Part shown: one piece after another, positions 24,642-36,254 of the stretch
How the letters are laid out: every line of letters starts with the position of its first letter
Numbering within the stretch: the first letter of the stretch is position 1
Assembly (NCBI GenBank): GCA_001643675.2
Contig: LSRY02000007.1
Location: forward strand, 992,001-1,056,000
Direction: 5' to 3'
Length of the DNA: 64,000 nucleotides
Source of the DNA: Monocercomonoides exilis PA203
Lineage: Eukaryota > Protista > Preaxostyla
Made by a program: the position numbers and the translations under genes
Notes under the pieces: model-generated
Told to the model about the DNA's origin: nothing
The model's database searches: none
Seen by the model: the letters and a program-made list of their open reading frames with translations, nothing else

Positions 24642-27600
24642 TCAATATCGAATGGGATAAGAAGCGCTTCCATAAGAAGACCCCTGCAAATACGAAGACT
24701 GTGTTTGCACAGGGCGCGAAGGAGGAACAGGCAAGCGAGCATTTCTGTCATACATCTGCTGCTGAGATGAAGGAGAAGGAGAAGGAGAAGAAGAGGAAGA
24801 GGAGGAAGAGGAAGAAGAAGGATCAGAAGCTAATGGCATTGACGACGAAGCAAACTGATACTCTGCTCTATCTACTCTCTCCACTCTATCCACTGCTGCT
24901 GTTGATGTTGATGATGCTGCTTGAGAACCAGAAAACATCGAAGGAGTGAATGTTCTGAAGGAGTGTGGCCTGTCTGCCAGACTTGCCGATGGCATTTGTG
25001 TCTGAGACGGATTTGAAACATCTCCTCTTTTCATTTCTTTTTCAGAGGGGCTGCTTGTTTGCCCTTGTTGCGGCGGATATGAGGCATATGGAGGATATTG
25101 CTGATATTGCTGATACTGTTGGTATTGTTGGTATTGTTGATACTGCTGATTGGGGGGATAAGAGGGATATGATTGATAAGATTGATTAGACTGATTAAAT
25201 TGACTAGATTGACTAGATTGTGTTGATTGATTGGAGGGATTGGAGGGATTTGACTGATAAGGCTGGTAAGATGATGAGAACTGTGGCATCATGGGAGGAT
25301 TATAGCCAGATGGAGGAAACTTCTGAAAGATGGGCATTTGAGAAGACGATGGAACATCAGAAGATGAAGAGGAGGAGGAGGAAGAAGAAGAAGATGGAGA
25401 AGAAGAAGAAAGATGAAGCTGGAATTTTTGTGGGTTTGCATCTGATTGCTGTTTTGATGGCTGTGACGAGTGTTGTGGTGTTATCTGGCTTCTTTGACTG
25501 TCTGGCAGAGGAAGAAGACTTTCATTGCTCACACGGCGAGATGCTGTGTCTTGTTGAGAGGGATAAGAAAACTGCCGATTGGATGGAGGATATGATTGGT
25601 TGGTGTATGATGAAGACGATGATGATGAAGAGGAGGAGGAGGAGGAATAAGAAGGAGAAAATGAAGAAGATGATGGTGAAGAAAGGGAAGAAGAGGAAGA
25701 AGAAGAAGATGATGATGATGAACTGAATGACTGAGCAAATGGACGTGTTGTTGGAGTTATTATGCCACGTGCAAATCTGTCAGATTGTTCATTCACCGAA
25801 CGCGAAGGTGCTTCAAGCGGAAGATGTGATGACGATGACGATGATGATGATGATGACGACGACTGTGAATATGAATGTGAATGTGGTGGTGTTGGTGAAG
25901 AAAAGCCAGAAAAGGCGGAAGAAGAAGAAGAAGATGATGATGATGAATAAGAAGGAGATGAAGAAAATGGTGATTGTTGTGATGGTGATGGTGATTGTGG
26001 TGATTGTGATGATTGTGTAGACCGATATTCATCAAATCTTTGTGCTGGATACGGTGCTGTGAATGGCCGATCTCTTCCTCTGCCATCTGCAAATGATCTA
26101 TTTGAACTATATCCTCCACTTCCCATGCCTCCCATTCCTCCCATGCTTCCTCGACTTCCTCCAAACATGCTCCTCCTTCCTCCTCTTTCGTCTTCTCCAC
26201 CAAAACTGCCACGCGAATAACTTCCTCTGTCTCTGTCTCCTCCTCTCTGAAAGGACATAAATCCTCCTCTTCCTCTCATCCCTCCTCCTCCTCCTCCTCC
26301 ACCACCACCACCACCTCCTCCTCCTCCTCTCCCAAACATCCTCCCCTTTCCTGACCCTTTCGACCCACTAATCGACAATATCCTCATCATCTCCGGTGGA
26401 ACTGGCTGCTGGCACTGCTGCAGATGCCTCACCAGCTGTATCGTCAGCCTCTGATCAATCCCACACACAAACGAAATAGAAATCCCACTCTTCCCTGCTC
26501 TTGCCGTTCTCCCAATCCGATGCACATAGTCTTCTATGTTTGTCGGCAGGTCAAAATTGACAACAGCTGACACATCCCTCACATCCAGCCCACGCGACGC
26601 CACGTCTGTCGCCACCAGCACTCTACACACTCCGCCGTCAACAAACCGTCCTTCGCGGAACGCCCTCATCGCTGTGTCTCTCTCACGCTGCCCTCTGTCC
26701 CCGTGGATGCTTGTCACTTCATAGAGGTTGTTGTCATACAGCTTCGATGTCACTTCCTCACATTCCTTTTTTGTGCTGGTGAAAATAAGCACTTTGCCAC
26801 TTGTTTCGAACTGGCCACCTGATTTAAACAAAGAAAGAAGCATAGATAACTTCTCGTTGTGATCTTCTTCGTATTCGTAATCGCTCATTTCTTTGAGTGT
26901 TGTGGGCGGGTTGGGCTCGAAGGCCGATGAGCAGAAATAGAAGATTTGCTGGACTCGCACATTGCTCGTAAGATCGCTCCGCCCAATCGTCAGCCTCACT
27001 GCATTGCTCTTGTTCAGAAAAGTGTACGCCAAATTTTGAATGGGCGTTGGCCACGTAGCCGACCACATCAGCGTCTGGCGGTCTCTTCGAATCTGCCCCA
27101 CGATTTCTCTCAACTGCTGCTCAAAACCCATTTCAAGCATCCTGTCAGCTTCATCAATAACAAGATATGTAACACGATTCAAGTTCGTCGATCCACTGTT
27201 AATGAGATCAATCAATCTTCCAGGTGTAGCGATGCATATTTCGACGCCTTCTGCTAAATGCGAGATTTGCGCCATTCGTGATGCTCCTCCGTAAACGCAA
27301 ACAATATTATAGCGACGTTTAATATACTTTCGAAACTCAACATGAATTTGGACAGCAAGTTCTCGAGTCGGTGCAAGAACAAGAACAATTGGCCCTTCAC
27401 CCGGCTGAACTCGTGGTTGAGCTGACATGTGAATAATTGCCGGTAAAGCATAAGCCAATGTTTTTCCTGATCCAGTTTCTGCAATACCAATCATATCTCT
27501 TCCAGATAAAGCAACTGGCCAAGATATCTGTTGAATTAATGTTGGCTTTGTAAATCCTGCTTTCCCAAATGAAGTCATTAAATCAGAAGGCCATTGAATA

Positions 27601-28061
27601 TGTCGAAATTCAAATATTGGCTTTGGAACATCTGATCCAATTACTTTAACCTGATTCTGCGCGTAAAATGCTTTTACGGATTCAGAATCTATGGAAGCAA
27701 TTTCTGGATGTTCTTTATAAAAATTCTTGGGATATGACGTTTGTTGAGAAGCAGATATCGCCCTTTGCTGAAACGAAGGAGTGATTATGCTTGTTTGCGA
27801 CTTTTGCATGAAAGATGGCGCCGAATGAGCTCCAAAAAAGCTTTCTCGATGAGCGCTCCTTTCCGTAAAGGAGGTTTGTTGAGTCAATACCCTTGTTCCT
27901 TGATCTCTTGATGAAAAACCAAAAAACTCTCTATGTTGAGGGGTTTGAAGTATTCCTTGTGTTTCTGATTTTTGTTTATGCTGAGTGGTGTGCGCATTTC
28001 TAAATTGTAGTTGCTGTTGCTCATAATAATTTTGAACTTCCCCTCGTTGTTGATAACTCAT
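24642..28061 (-). CDS. DBP2: DEAD-box RNA helicase, DBP2/DDX5 subfamily, with RGG region and long Ser/Gln/Tyr-rich tail
   Basis: KNFYKEHP, Q motif GFTKPTLIQ, AETGSGKT, GEGPIVLVLAPTRELA, DEAD, SATWP, ATDVASRGLD and YVHRIGRTARAG. Intronless 1139-aa ORF. Confidence 0.9.
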   Translation of the reverse strand: MSYQQRGEVQNYYEQQQLQFRNAHTTQHKQKSETQGILQTPQHREFFGFSSRDQGTRVLTQQTSFTERSAHRESFFGAHSAPSFMQKSQTSIITPSFQQRAISASQQTSYPKNFYKEHPEIASIDSESVKAFYAQNQVKVIGSDVPKPIFEFRHIQWPSDLMTSFGKAGFTKPTLIQQISWPVALSGRDMIGIAETGSGKTLAYALPAIIHMSAQPRVQPGEGPIVLVLAPTRELAVQIHVEFRKYIKRRYNIVCVYGGASRMAQISHLAEGVEICIATPGRLIDLINSGSTNLNRVTYLVIDEADRMLEMGFEQQLREIVGQIRRDRQTLMWSATWPTPIQNLAYTFLNKSNAVRLTIGRSDLTSNVRVQQIFYFCSSAFEPNPPTTLKEMSDYEYEEDHNEKLSMLLSLFKSGGQFETSGKVLIFTSTKKECEEVTSKLYDNNLYEVTSIHGDRGQRERDTAMRAFREGRFVDGGVCRVLVATDVASRGLDVRDVSAVVNFDLPTNIEDYVHRIGRTARAGKSGISISFVCGIDQRLTIQLVRHLQQCQQPVPPEMMRILSISGSKGSGKGRMFGRGGGGGGGGGGGGGGGGMRGRGGFMSFQRGGDRDRGSYSRGSFGGEDERGGRRSMFGGSRGSMGGMGGMGSGGYSSNRSFADGRGRDRPFTAPYPAQRFDEYRSTQSSQSPQSPSPSQQSPFSSSPSYSSSSSSSSSSAFSGFSSPTPPHSHSYSQSSSSSSSSSSSSHLPLEAPSRSVNEQSDRFARGIITPTTRPFAQSFSSSSSSSSSSSSSLSSPSSSSFSPSYSSSSSSSSSSSSSYTNQSYPPSNRQFSYPSQQDTASRRVSNESLLPLPDSQRSQITPQHSSQPSKQQSDANPQKFQLHLSSSSPSSSSSSSSSSSSDVPSSSQMPIFQKFPPSGYNPPMMPQFSSSYQPYQSNPSNPSNQSTQSSQSSQFNQSNQSYQSYPSYPPNQQYQQYQQYQQYQQYQQYPPYASYPPQQGQTSSPSEKEMKRGDVSNPSQTQMPSASLADRPHSFRTFTPSMFSGSQAASSTSTAAVDRVERVDRAEYQFASSSMPLASDPSSSSSSSSSSSPSPSPSSQQQMYDRNARLPVPPSRPVQTQSSYLQGSSYGSASYPIRY

Positions 28062-28267
28062 CCCAAAAACTTTAACCCACCCAAAATTCGAGGTACTTCA
28101 CCCATTTATTACAATAAGAAATTTTTAGAAATAAATCGTTGTACAAGATTAGCGAGATCCAATCTCAATATTTTCTGATTATCAGATAAAGATGTTGTGA
28201 CAATGAAACAAATAAAAATCCTAAAACAGCAATAAAACACAGTATTAATTGGTTTATAAAAATTAAT

Positions 28268-29362
28268 TTACTTCTTTTTCTTTCCTTGTTGTTTTGGGGC
28301 AGCTTGTTTGGCTTTTCCTTTGGGTTGAGAAGGCGAAGGTCCTGTTTTTTTCTCCTTTTCCTTTTTATTTTTCCCTTCTTCTCCTTTCTGCACCTTATCT
28401 GCTTCTTGTTTTTTCTCAGCTTCTTTCTTTGCCTTCTCTTCTTCTCCTCCTCCTCTTTCTTCTTCTTTCTTTTCTTCTTCCTTCTTCTTCTCAGCTTCTG
28501 CTTCTACCTCTGTATCAGCTTCAGCTTCAGTTTCAGTTTCAACCTTCTTTTCTTTCTCCTCCTTTTCTTCTTCTTTCTTTTCCTTCTCTTCCTTCTCCTT
28601 CAGTTTGCTTTCGTTTTCTGCTTTCGTCTTCTCAAATAGCTCTTTCGACGTTTCTGGTTTTTTCTCTTCCTCAATTTTTGTGTCTTTTATCTGCTCCACT
28701 TCAACTTTCGGCTCATTCTCTTGTGGATGTTTGGCTTCATCTGGTTGAATTTTTTCCTTTCCTTCTTCTTTCTCTTCTTCTTTCTCTTTCTCTCCTTCTT
28801 TCTCCTCCCCCTCTTCATTATCATCATCATTTTCTTCTTCTTCTTCTTCTTCTTTCCCTTCCTCAGCCAAAAGCAATGGCTTTTCTTCTTCATCACCCGG
28901 TTGTTCTGAAGACTTTCCTTTCGCCTTCTTCATGATGGCCTTGATTTCTGCACTTAATTTCCCTGACTTCTGCTTTTTCGCTGATTTGCCTTTCTCCTTC
29001 TCTTCTTTCCCCTCTTTCTCCTCTTTCTCCTCTTTCTCCTCTTTCTCCTCCTTTTCTTCTTCTTTCTTCTCCTTCTTCTTCTCCTTCTTCTCCTTTTCTT
29101 CCATTGTTGCTGTCGTTGTCTTTGCCTTTTTTGCCTCTTCCTTCACAATTTCTGCTGCTTCTTTTTCAATCTCATCCACTTCTTCCTTCGCATCCCCTTT
29201 TTTCTCTTCATTTTTCAGTTTCCCAATTTTCTCTGCTTTTGCTTTTGTTTTCTCTTTCGCTTTCGCTTTCTCCATCGCTGCTCTTCTTGCTTTAAGCTCT
29301 TCTCTTGTCACATACTTGATTTTTGGCCTTCGCATAGACATGGATTCGCGAAGACTTTGATA

Positions 29363-29398
<36 letters not shown>

Positions 29399-30321
29399 TT
29401 CACAATTGAATTTTTTTAATTTGCTTCGTTTTCAGTAAAAATTATACCTTTTGCTCATCCAATCAACCATCCTATCGTTATCTATATCTTTCGCTTTTTG
29501 CCCGCTTCGATATTCTTTCAATGAAACAACTTCAAAGCTGCTTCCTTTTTGCACAAGATAAACCTACCAAAATAAATAATAATACCCAAACATGCATGTG
29601 CAGTCAGTTGTATAATGAAATAATTTTTATAGTGGTTGTAAAAAAAAAGCTATCATACGAAGAACCGAATAGAATTTGGTATGTTTTTGATAACAATCGG
29701 TTGAAGTTTGTGATTCACAAAAAATGATGCAGTTCGTGGGTTACTTTCCATGTTAACTTCAATTCCTATGACATCGCCATCATTCCAACGTCTATTACCT
29801 CCAGAAAGCATGCTATCGTGACAAATCATTCCATCAGCTGGAAGATAACTGCAGGAATCTATAGTTACAAAGAATAATTATAGCAACAATTTAACTTTAC
29901 TAATAAAAATAACAAAATTGTTGTGAAATCAAACGTTCATTCAATCCAGGATAAAAATCTGGAGAAAGTTGACAAGAAGTCGAAATGATGCCAACGCCTA
30001 ATAAATTGATATTGCAAAACATGGAGAATAGTTATGAATCAGAAAAGCAAATAGTTTCATGCATGAGTCTTTTCCTGCATTAAATGAGCGAAATTCACAT
30101 TTCCAAATTCCAGACGAAATAAATGGTTCAATAGCAACTGTAACTGTGGATTCTGTTGATAAAATAACAGAATTTTGAAATATAGAAATGCTCTCCGGTA
30201 AAGATGCATGGAAGTGGAGTTTATGATACACGTCGACAGAAGAAACTTAAAAATGTACGTAATGCGTGTTAATAACTTATTAACATTTAAAAATCATACG
30301 CGCAGAAACGCAGCATCCCAT
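28268..30321 (-). CDS. SPRY/B30.2-like domain protein with MGCC N-terminus and Glu/Lys-rich tail, multi-exon
   Basis: Spliced: MGCCVSALSSVDVYHKLHF...ISSGIWKCEF...CVGII...WNDGDVIGIEVNMESNPRTASFFVNHKLQP...SIRFFVYL, joined in frame to the 357-aa charged ORF 28268..29341. Confidence 0.75.
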
Positions 30322-30529
30322 CTCAATAAAAATTTAGTTAAAAATAATTTTTAAGAAAAATAAAACAGAAGGAATTATGATTAAGAATAATTAAAAGGGA
30401 AACTGATCGATAAATTCTGCAATCTTTATATTACAGATTTTTAAAAAAATGCTAACTAATTTGAATTCATCAAATTATAATTCATTTTAAAAAGCAATGA
30501 TTTTAGTCTGAAAATATAGTGTTCGTTTC

Positions 30530-30565
<36 letters not shown>

Positions 30566-31036
30566 TTTCTGTAATTAACCAGAACTTTTACAAAGAAAAA
30601 TTTATTTTTCTATGTGAAGAGAAACTGAAGGAATGTTTTACGAGAATTTGAAAATTTTTGCTCTGATGAATGTGCCCTTAATAAAGTTATCGAGAGAAAA
30701 TATTTGTAAATGCGAATTTCGTTCAACAAACGCCCTGAGCAAGGCTCTTTTGAATGATCTGCACAGTAAAACGAAGTATCTTACTGAATATTGGGAATAT
30801 ATCGAATTGGACTTGACGTGAAAGATTCAGCGAGGAAAGAAAAGTATTTTGGTATGATTTTTTGGCGATGGAATGTCTTTAACCGAGATCAAGCGCAAAA
30901 CTATGTATTTTAGTGGATTCCAAAAATGATCCGAGCTATGCGGGGAAAGAGCCGTTTTGAAGATGTTTTGAGGAAGATATGGTTTTCATAATATTTTGAG
31001 CATTTGTCGAAGAAACAAGAATTTGCAAAAGCAGAA

Positions 31037-32128
31037 ATGACACACGTGATTAAGACAGTATTCGTTAGGACCATGGAGATCCGGTGCTTTGCGCTGGAGC
31101 AGGTGACATTTGAGACATTTGAAAACAAAGTTCGAGGGCTGTACGGGATTGGCGAGGCAGAGAAATTATCAGTTGGATTCATTGATGAGGAGCAAGACTT
31201 TGTTAGCGTTGGGAGCACAGAAGAGCTGGCAGTGGGGCTGACCTGGAGATGCGATAAGAAGCCTTTGAAACTGTTTGTGAAAGTTGCTGCAGCTCAAAAG
31301 GAGCAGAAAGAAGCAGAAGAGCAGAAAGACAAGCAGACAGAGTGCGCGTGCGATGAGTGGAAGCGGAAGCGATGCGAAAGACGAAGAGCAATTTGGGAAA
31401 AGAGATGGATGATGAAGCGATACAACGAAGCAAAGATGGAGCGAATGGGTTTTGGAGAGTCAGAGAGCGAAAGTGACAAAAGCTGCAAAAGAGGAGAAAG
31501 ATGCATTGAGAGGCAAAGAAGACACTGCTGCGGAGGAAGAATGGAAAGGATGCGGAGAGCAATGATGTGGCAGAGGATGAGAGAAATGATGAAAATGAGG
31601 AATCTCAGAGGCTGCTCAGAGCTGGGGAAATGCGAGCCGTGCAGATGCAGAGCAGCAAGAAAGGCAGAAGCGGGAGGAGAAGACGCTGAAAAGTGCGGGA
31701 TGCACCACGGCCACCACTTCCACCGGGGCTGCTGCAGAGGAGAGAATAGGCGCTGGATGATGAAGGGGAAGTGTGGAGAGCCAGAGGCACGCTGCAGAGG
31801 GCATTGGATGCACAAATGCAGTGCTGAGCCAGAGCATCAACATTTCCACCATCATCATCTCCATTGCAACACAGAAATGGGATGGGGAAGAAGAGGACGA
31901 GGGAGAGGAAGAGAGATGGGTTGCCCACTCATGCGCTGCAGACATTGGGGAGGATGTTCAGGAGAAAGAGAAGGGACAAGCATTGAGGCTGAACATGCAG
32001 CACGATCTGCATCTGCCTCTTCATCAACCTCTTCATCGTCATCCACTTCATTGTCCTCCTCGGAGTCTTTGTTTGATTCTGAGGCACAGGCAGAAATGGT
32101 GTCTGAGGAAGGATGCGAAAAGGAATAA
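31037..32128 (+). CDS. PB1-domain protein with Cys/His/Arg/Met-rich C-terminal region
   Basis: MTHVIKTVF...EIRCF with the acidic OPCA-type motif FIDEEQDFVSVGSTEEL. Intronless; the first in-frame ATG is at 31037. Confidence 0.8.
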   Translation: MTHVIKTVFVRTMEIRCFALEQVTFETFENKVRGLYGIGEAEKLSVGFIDEEQDFVSVGSTEELAVGLTWRCDKKPLKLFVKVAAAQKEQKEAEEQKDKQTECACDEWKRKRCERRRAIWEKRWMMKRYNEAKMERMGFGESESESDKSCKRGERCIERQRRHCCGGRMERMRRAMMWQRMREMMKMRNLRGCSELGKCEPCRCRAARKAEAGGEDAEKCGMHHGHHFHRGCCRGENRRWMMKGKCGEPEARCRGHWMHKCSAEPEHQHFHHHHLHCNTEMGWGRRGRGRGREMGCPLMRCRHWGGCSGEREGTSIEAEHAARSASASSSTSSSSSTSLSSSESLFDSEAQAEMVSEEGCEKE

Positions 32129-33012
32129 GGGAATAATTGCTTTCAGGATTTGTGCTGAATGAAAAATATGGCTTTTGTTTCGTTGTGGAAAAAGTCGATT
32201 TTTATTTTTCATTTTCATCTTTTCGCTTTTTCTTTCTTTCTTTCTTTCTTTTTCTTTTATTTTTTAAAAATTTTTTGAATTGTTTAATTTTAAAATAATT
32301 TAATAACAGATAATAAAGAAAATTTGAAAAACAATCAATATTTTTCCATTAAAAATTCTAGTTTTCCAATAATTGGAAAATCTCATTTATCGATTCATTA
32401 TTGCATAATTCAACTCTTTATATAACTTTACCGCAATTAATCACGATGATCTACATGGTCAATTTGTAATTTTTTTGTTCTCAAAATAGGGAGGCAACGC
32501 AAAAGCAGTTTTTTCTTTCTGTGATAGATTTCGATCCTGGAACTGCTGATTTGGAATGACATATGCCCCCATGCATTTCTAGATAATAATGGAAGAGTCA
32601 GTTCTTTTTATTGCACTGTTATTTCAACTTGCGTCATGATTTCAAGAAAGAAACAAGCAATCAAATCTGTATTTTGAGTCCTGTACGCATTTCGTGAACT
32701 GGTCTTTTCCAATCTGTCATATTATTAGAATTTATATTTTTTGTGATGCGTCTAATATGAGAGCGAAGAATCCTAGCAACATTTGTGAGCTTTGAAACAT
32801 TCGATAATTTCGACCAAACGCCTTCTAAAGCAGAGAATATTTTTCCGATTCATCTCTGCCTTCACTGCTCATAATGTTTGCCCTATCTTTTTTGCATTTA
32901 GAGATATAAATATTTGCGTTTTTATTTTATTTTTTGATTTCTATTTTTCATTGTCTTTGGTTTTTGAGATAGTTGTACTCCTGATAGATTTAACAGCAAC
33001 ATTTTTTCTTTT

Positions 33013-33045
<33 letters not shown>

Positions 33046-33284
33046 GATTAGAAAGTGCGCCATTATCCATTGGGTGCATGCGAATGAGATATAAGATGGA
33101 AAAACGCGAATGTTCATCCAAAATCTTTTTTGTTTGTTGCATATCTTTTGTGAGCGACTTGTTCTCGCTTTTCTGCATACCGCCGTTTTATCCCCTTGAA
33201 GTCAACATTGCACAAACTCTCACGTTTCTAACTATTCTCATTTTTTGTGATTCAACCTTTTTTTTTTTTTTTTTTTTTTTTTTG

Positions 33285-33955
33285 CGAGCCAACATTCTGG
33301 TTATCTGCAAAAGACAATTCGCAACAACAGCCTTTCTGTTGAGTTTTGTTCTCTGACAGCTTTTTCTTTTCTGTGCATTCGCTCGCTGACTGTTGGTGCT
33401 GGATCTTCTTCAATTTTTCTGCTTACCGTTTCTCCACACTTCCTCTTCAGTGATGAATTCACTTCAACTGACTGCCCACGGAGAGCACTAAGCCTTCTAT
33501 CCTATTCAATATCAAGTTTGCCCAAAGAAACAGCTCTTCATTTCACAGCAGAAGATTTATGGATTTCTTCAATTTCATTCAACATTTCTCTTTGCTGGCC
33601 AAAGTGCAGATGCTTTGACGGATCATTTTTGTTCGGATTTTGCTTTTCAGAAGTTGTCAGTTATGGATTTGTTGGGGTCTCTTCTGCTTTCAATTTGCAT
33701 TTGACTTGTTGGATGAGCACGATTGCAGTCAAATCTTCAAGAAAAGTTAACATGCTATATAACTCGAGCTCTTTGCACATGAAGCAGAAAAATTTCATTG
33801 CTGAAAGGGTTTTCTGGATTACTTCGGAAATATTCTACCAATATCAACAGCATTGTGGTATTATTGCTGCTGATTTTTCAGAAGAAGTCAAAAGAAGAGG
33901 ACTCACTTGGGTTCGAAAAGGCAGAGATTCAGATTGGTGAAAGGAGCACCAAGCA
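33285..33955 (-). pseudogene. Decayed coding-like frame of unknown family
   Basis: GC-richer stretch. One minus-strand frame reads as protein (ISEVIQKTLSAMKFF...REMLNEIEEIHKSS...RRLSALRGQSVEVNSSLKRK) but has several in-frame stops. Boundaries approximate. Confidence 0.4.
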
Positions 33956-34639
33956 AAAGAAAAAAATTGCATTTTCTATTTATTCCATTTGAATTGAAAT
34001 CGCCAGGTTAATTTATCTATCGAGCCACGGATGATGATTGTGCGTATTATTTTATTGTTTTCTCAGAGAGGCAGACAAACTAGACAACAGCAAAACTAGA
34101 ATTGCAGGAAATGGTTCGTATTTGTCTTTGAATGGCCTGAAGCGTTGCCAAAAGGCTTTTCAAAAAAGAAAAAAAATATTACTCGTGAGCTTGCTCATGC
34201 AAAGTCATGTTTGGATTTACACTTTCAGTCAAAAACCATTCGGATTATGGATGAAAATGTGGCTGAATCATTTGCGAACAGATTCAGAAAAAGAAAATGA
34301 AGATAGGCTGAAATGGAAGAAACAAACAGCGAAACGGTCCTTTTCTTTCTTATTTTCACATTGATTTTATTTGATCTTGCATTGGATAAAGATTGTGAGT
34401 CAAAAATGTCCCGAAATTTGTAAAAGCAACGATTGAAAGACAGAAATATGAGATTTTGAATAATACGAGGAAGAATGAGAAAATAATTTCAATAAAGAGG
34501 GCATTGTTGCTGAATTGCAGATTCCATTGCAAATTTGAATTTGAAAAGTCTGATGCCTTGTGTTTGTCATTGAATGTAGTAAGAATTTTGATTTTTCAAC
34601 AAAAAGAAAATCATGACAATTCAAAAGGAAAAAACATCT

Positions 34640-35640
34640 TTAACCGCTTTTCCTTCTTCTTTAACTTCTTTAACTTCTTCATCTTCATTGATTTCATCTT
34701 CATCTTAGATTATTCGTTCAAAAACACAATCAAAATCAACAAATGCGGTTGAACAATATACTCCATCTTCAACCTTGCTGCCTCCAGCTCCTTCTCCACA
34801 ATCTCTGCCATCCTTCATAGTACAACCCCTCGCCCAATCACTTTTTCGTCAAGCTTTGCCACCACGCGCACAGGCGGCAGCGATCACCATATCTGCAGTG
34901 AAGGGTCAGATTGATCGTAAATCGAAGAGAGCATATTCACATCTGCCGCTGCAAAGATCCGCTTGCTCCCCGACTTCGTGTCCACCAACGCTGCAAGCGA
35001 CGGAAGCTGCGATACCAGCGGAACTGAAAGCATCTCCTAAAGATCAACATCATAGGTACATACAACGCCCCCATACAGCACCACCAGCCACACCACAACA
35101 TATCCCCGCAGCGTCTGCAGCATCCGCAGCTACAGCTGCAGTTGCAGCGATAGCAGCATGTTCCGCTCATACACCCCAGCTGCCTTTCGATGTCTTCCAT
35201 TTCTGCTTCCGATGTGTATGATGCAACCATCGCCAAGACATCTAAAGTGTGTATTGAAGGAGTTGGCAGAAAAGATGATGATGGCTAACCGTCCATTGCC
35301 TTCTTCTTTTCTTAGCTTTTCCTCCTCCGGAATAACGACGCGGAAGAAGAAGACAAAGGTGCAAACTGAAGAGATGATTGCTGCACTGCTCAACCTATTA
35401 GTCACTTTTTGAGAAGAGCTGTAATTTCGAAAATGATTCATCAACAGTACAAAGTCAATTGTACGTCAAAAACTTGTAACATAAATTGCAAACAACTCCA
35501 ATGATTACTGGAATGTGCTTCAGGAACTATTGAGGACGAGAAAAAACATGAGAAGAAAGCAGAGAAAGAGAAAAAAAGAAAGAGAAAAAGAAAGAGAGAG
35601 AGGAGAAGACGATGAGGATGGAGAAGATAGATAAGAAGAA
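34640..35640 (+). pseudogene. Decayed Ser/Pro/Ala-rich gene fragment
   Basis: GC-rich, protein-like frames (34775..35221, 35158..35412) broken by stops and frameshifts. Boundaries approximate. Confidence 0.4.
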
Positions 35641-35745
35641 GAGGAGGATGATGAAGATGATGATGATGAAGGTGCATCGTTCAAAATGAAGACCGTTCAA
35701 TGACTCAGAAGCTATTCTTGGTGTTGCTTGCGATGAATCAAGTTA

Positions 35746-36041
35746 TAGGGTCAGAAATTTATCGGTGCCCAAAAAATTAATCGGGACCTAAAATTTCTGG
35801 CTCTCCAGAGCACTTTTAAAAAAAATAAATAATAGAAAATTTTTATTATATTATAAAAAGCTATTCCAGAAAATATTTTTTAATTTTTTAATTTTTGTTA
35901 AAAGATCTGGTGTTTTTTGTTTTATTTTTCTGATCAAAGACTTGCTCATATTTCAACGAGCCTTTTGTTTTGAGATTTTTAAGTGTTGTTATTGTTATTG
36001 AACATAACTTCTTCACAATTTTGGTTATTTTTCATTGTTAA
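35746..36041 (+). repeat. Left arm of 296-bp inverted repeat
   Basis: Reverse complement of 43250..43545. Three mismatches, all in the outermost 10 nt; 35756..36041 is a perfect match. Confidence 0.97.
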
Positions 36042-36254
36042 GCATTGGCCTTTGCTACAGACCGACATTTTTTGAAAGCGTTCGACAAGTCGAACGACAA
36101 AAAAAATTTATTCAAATGTTTATTGCATTTTTTCGAATTTTTTTTTAATTTTCAATTCAAACAAAAATAAGATAGATATAATTTACATGTATTTTCAAAT
36201 TATTAATAATATGTTTACAATTCATAAATAACATTGTTTATTTTTTTCGACAAA

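Noticed and set aside
3513-28061. Functional cluster of RNA-metabolism genes (zinc knuckle, RRM, DEAD-box)
   Set aside because: These are large common families interspersed with unrelated genes; there is no evidence of non-random clustering.
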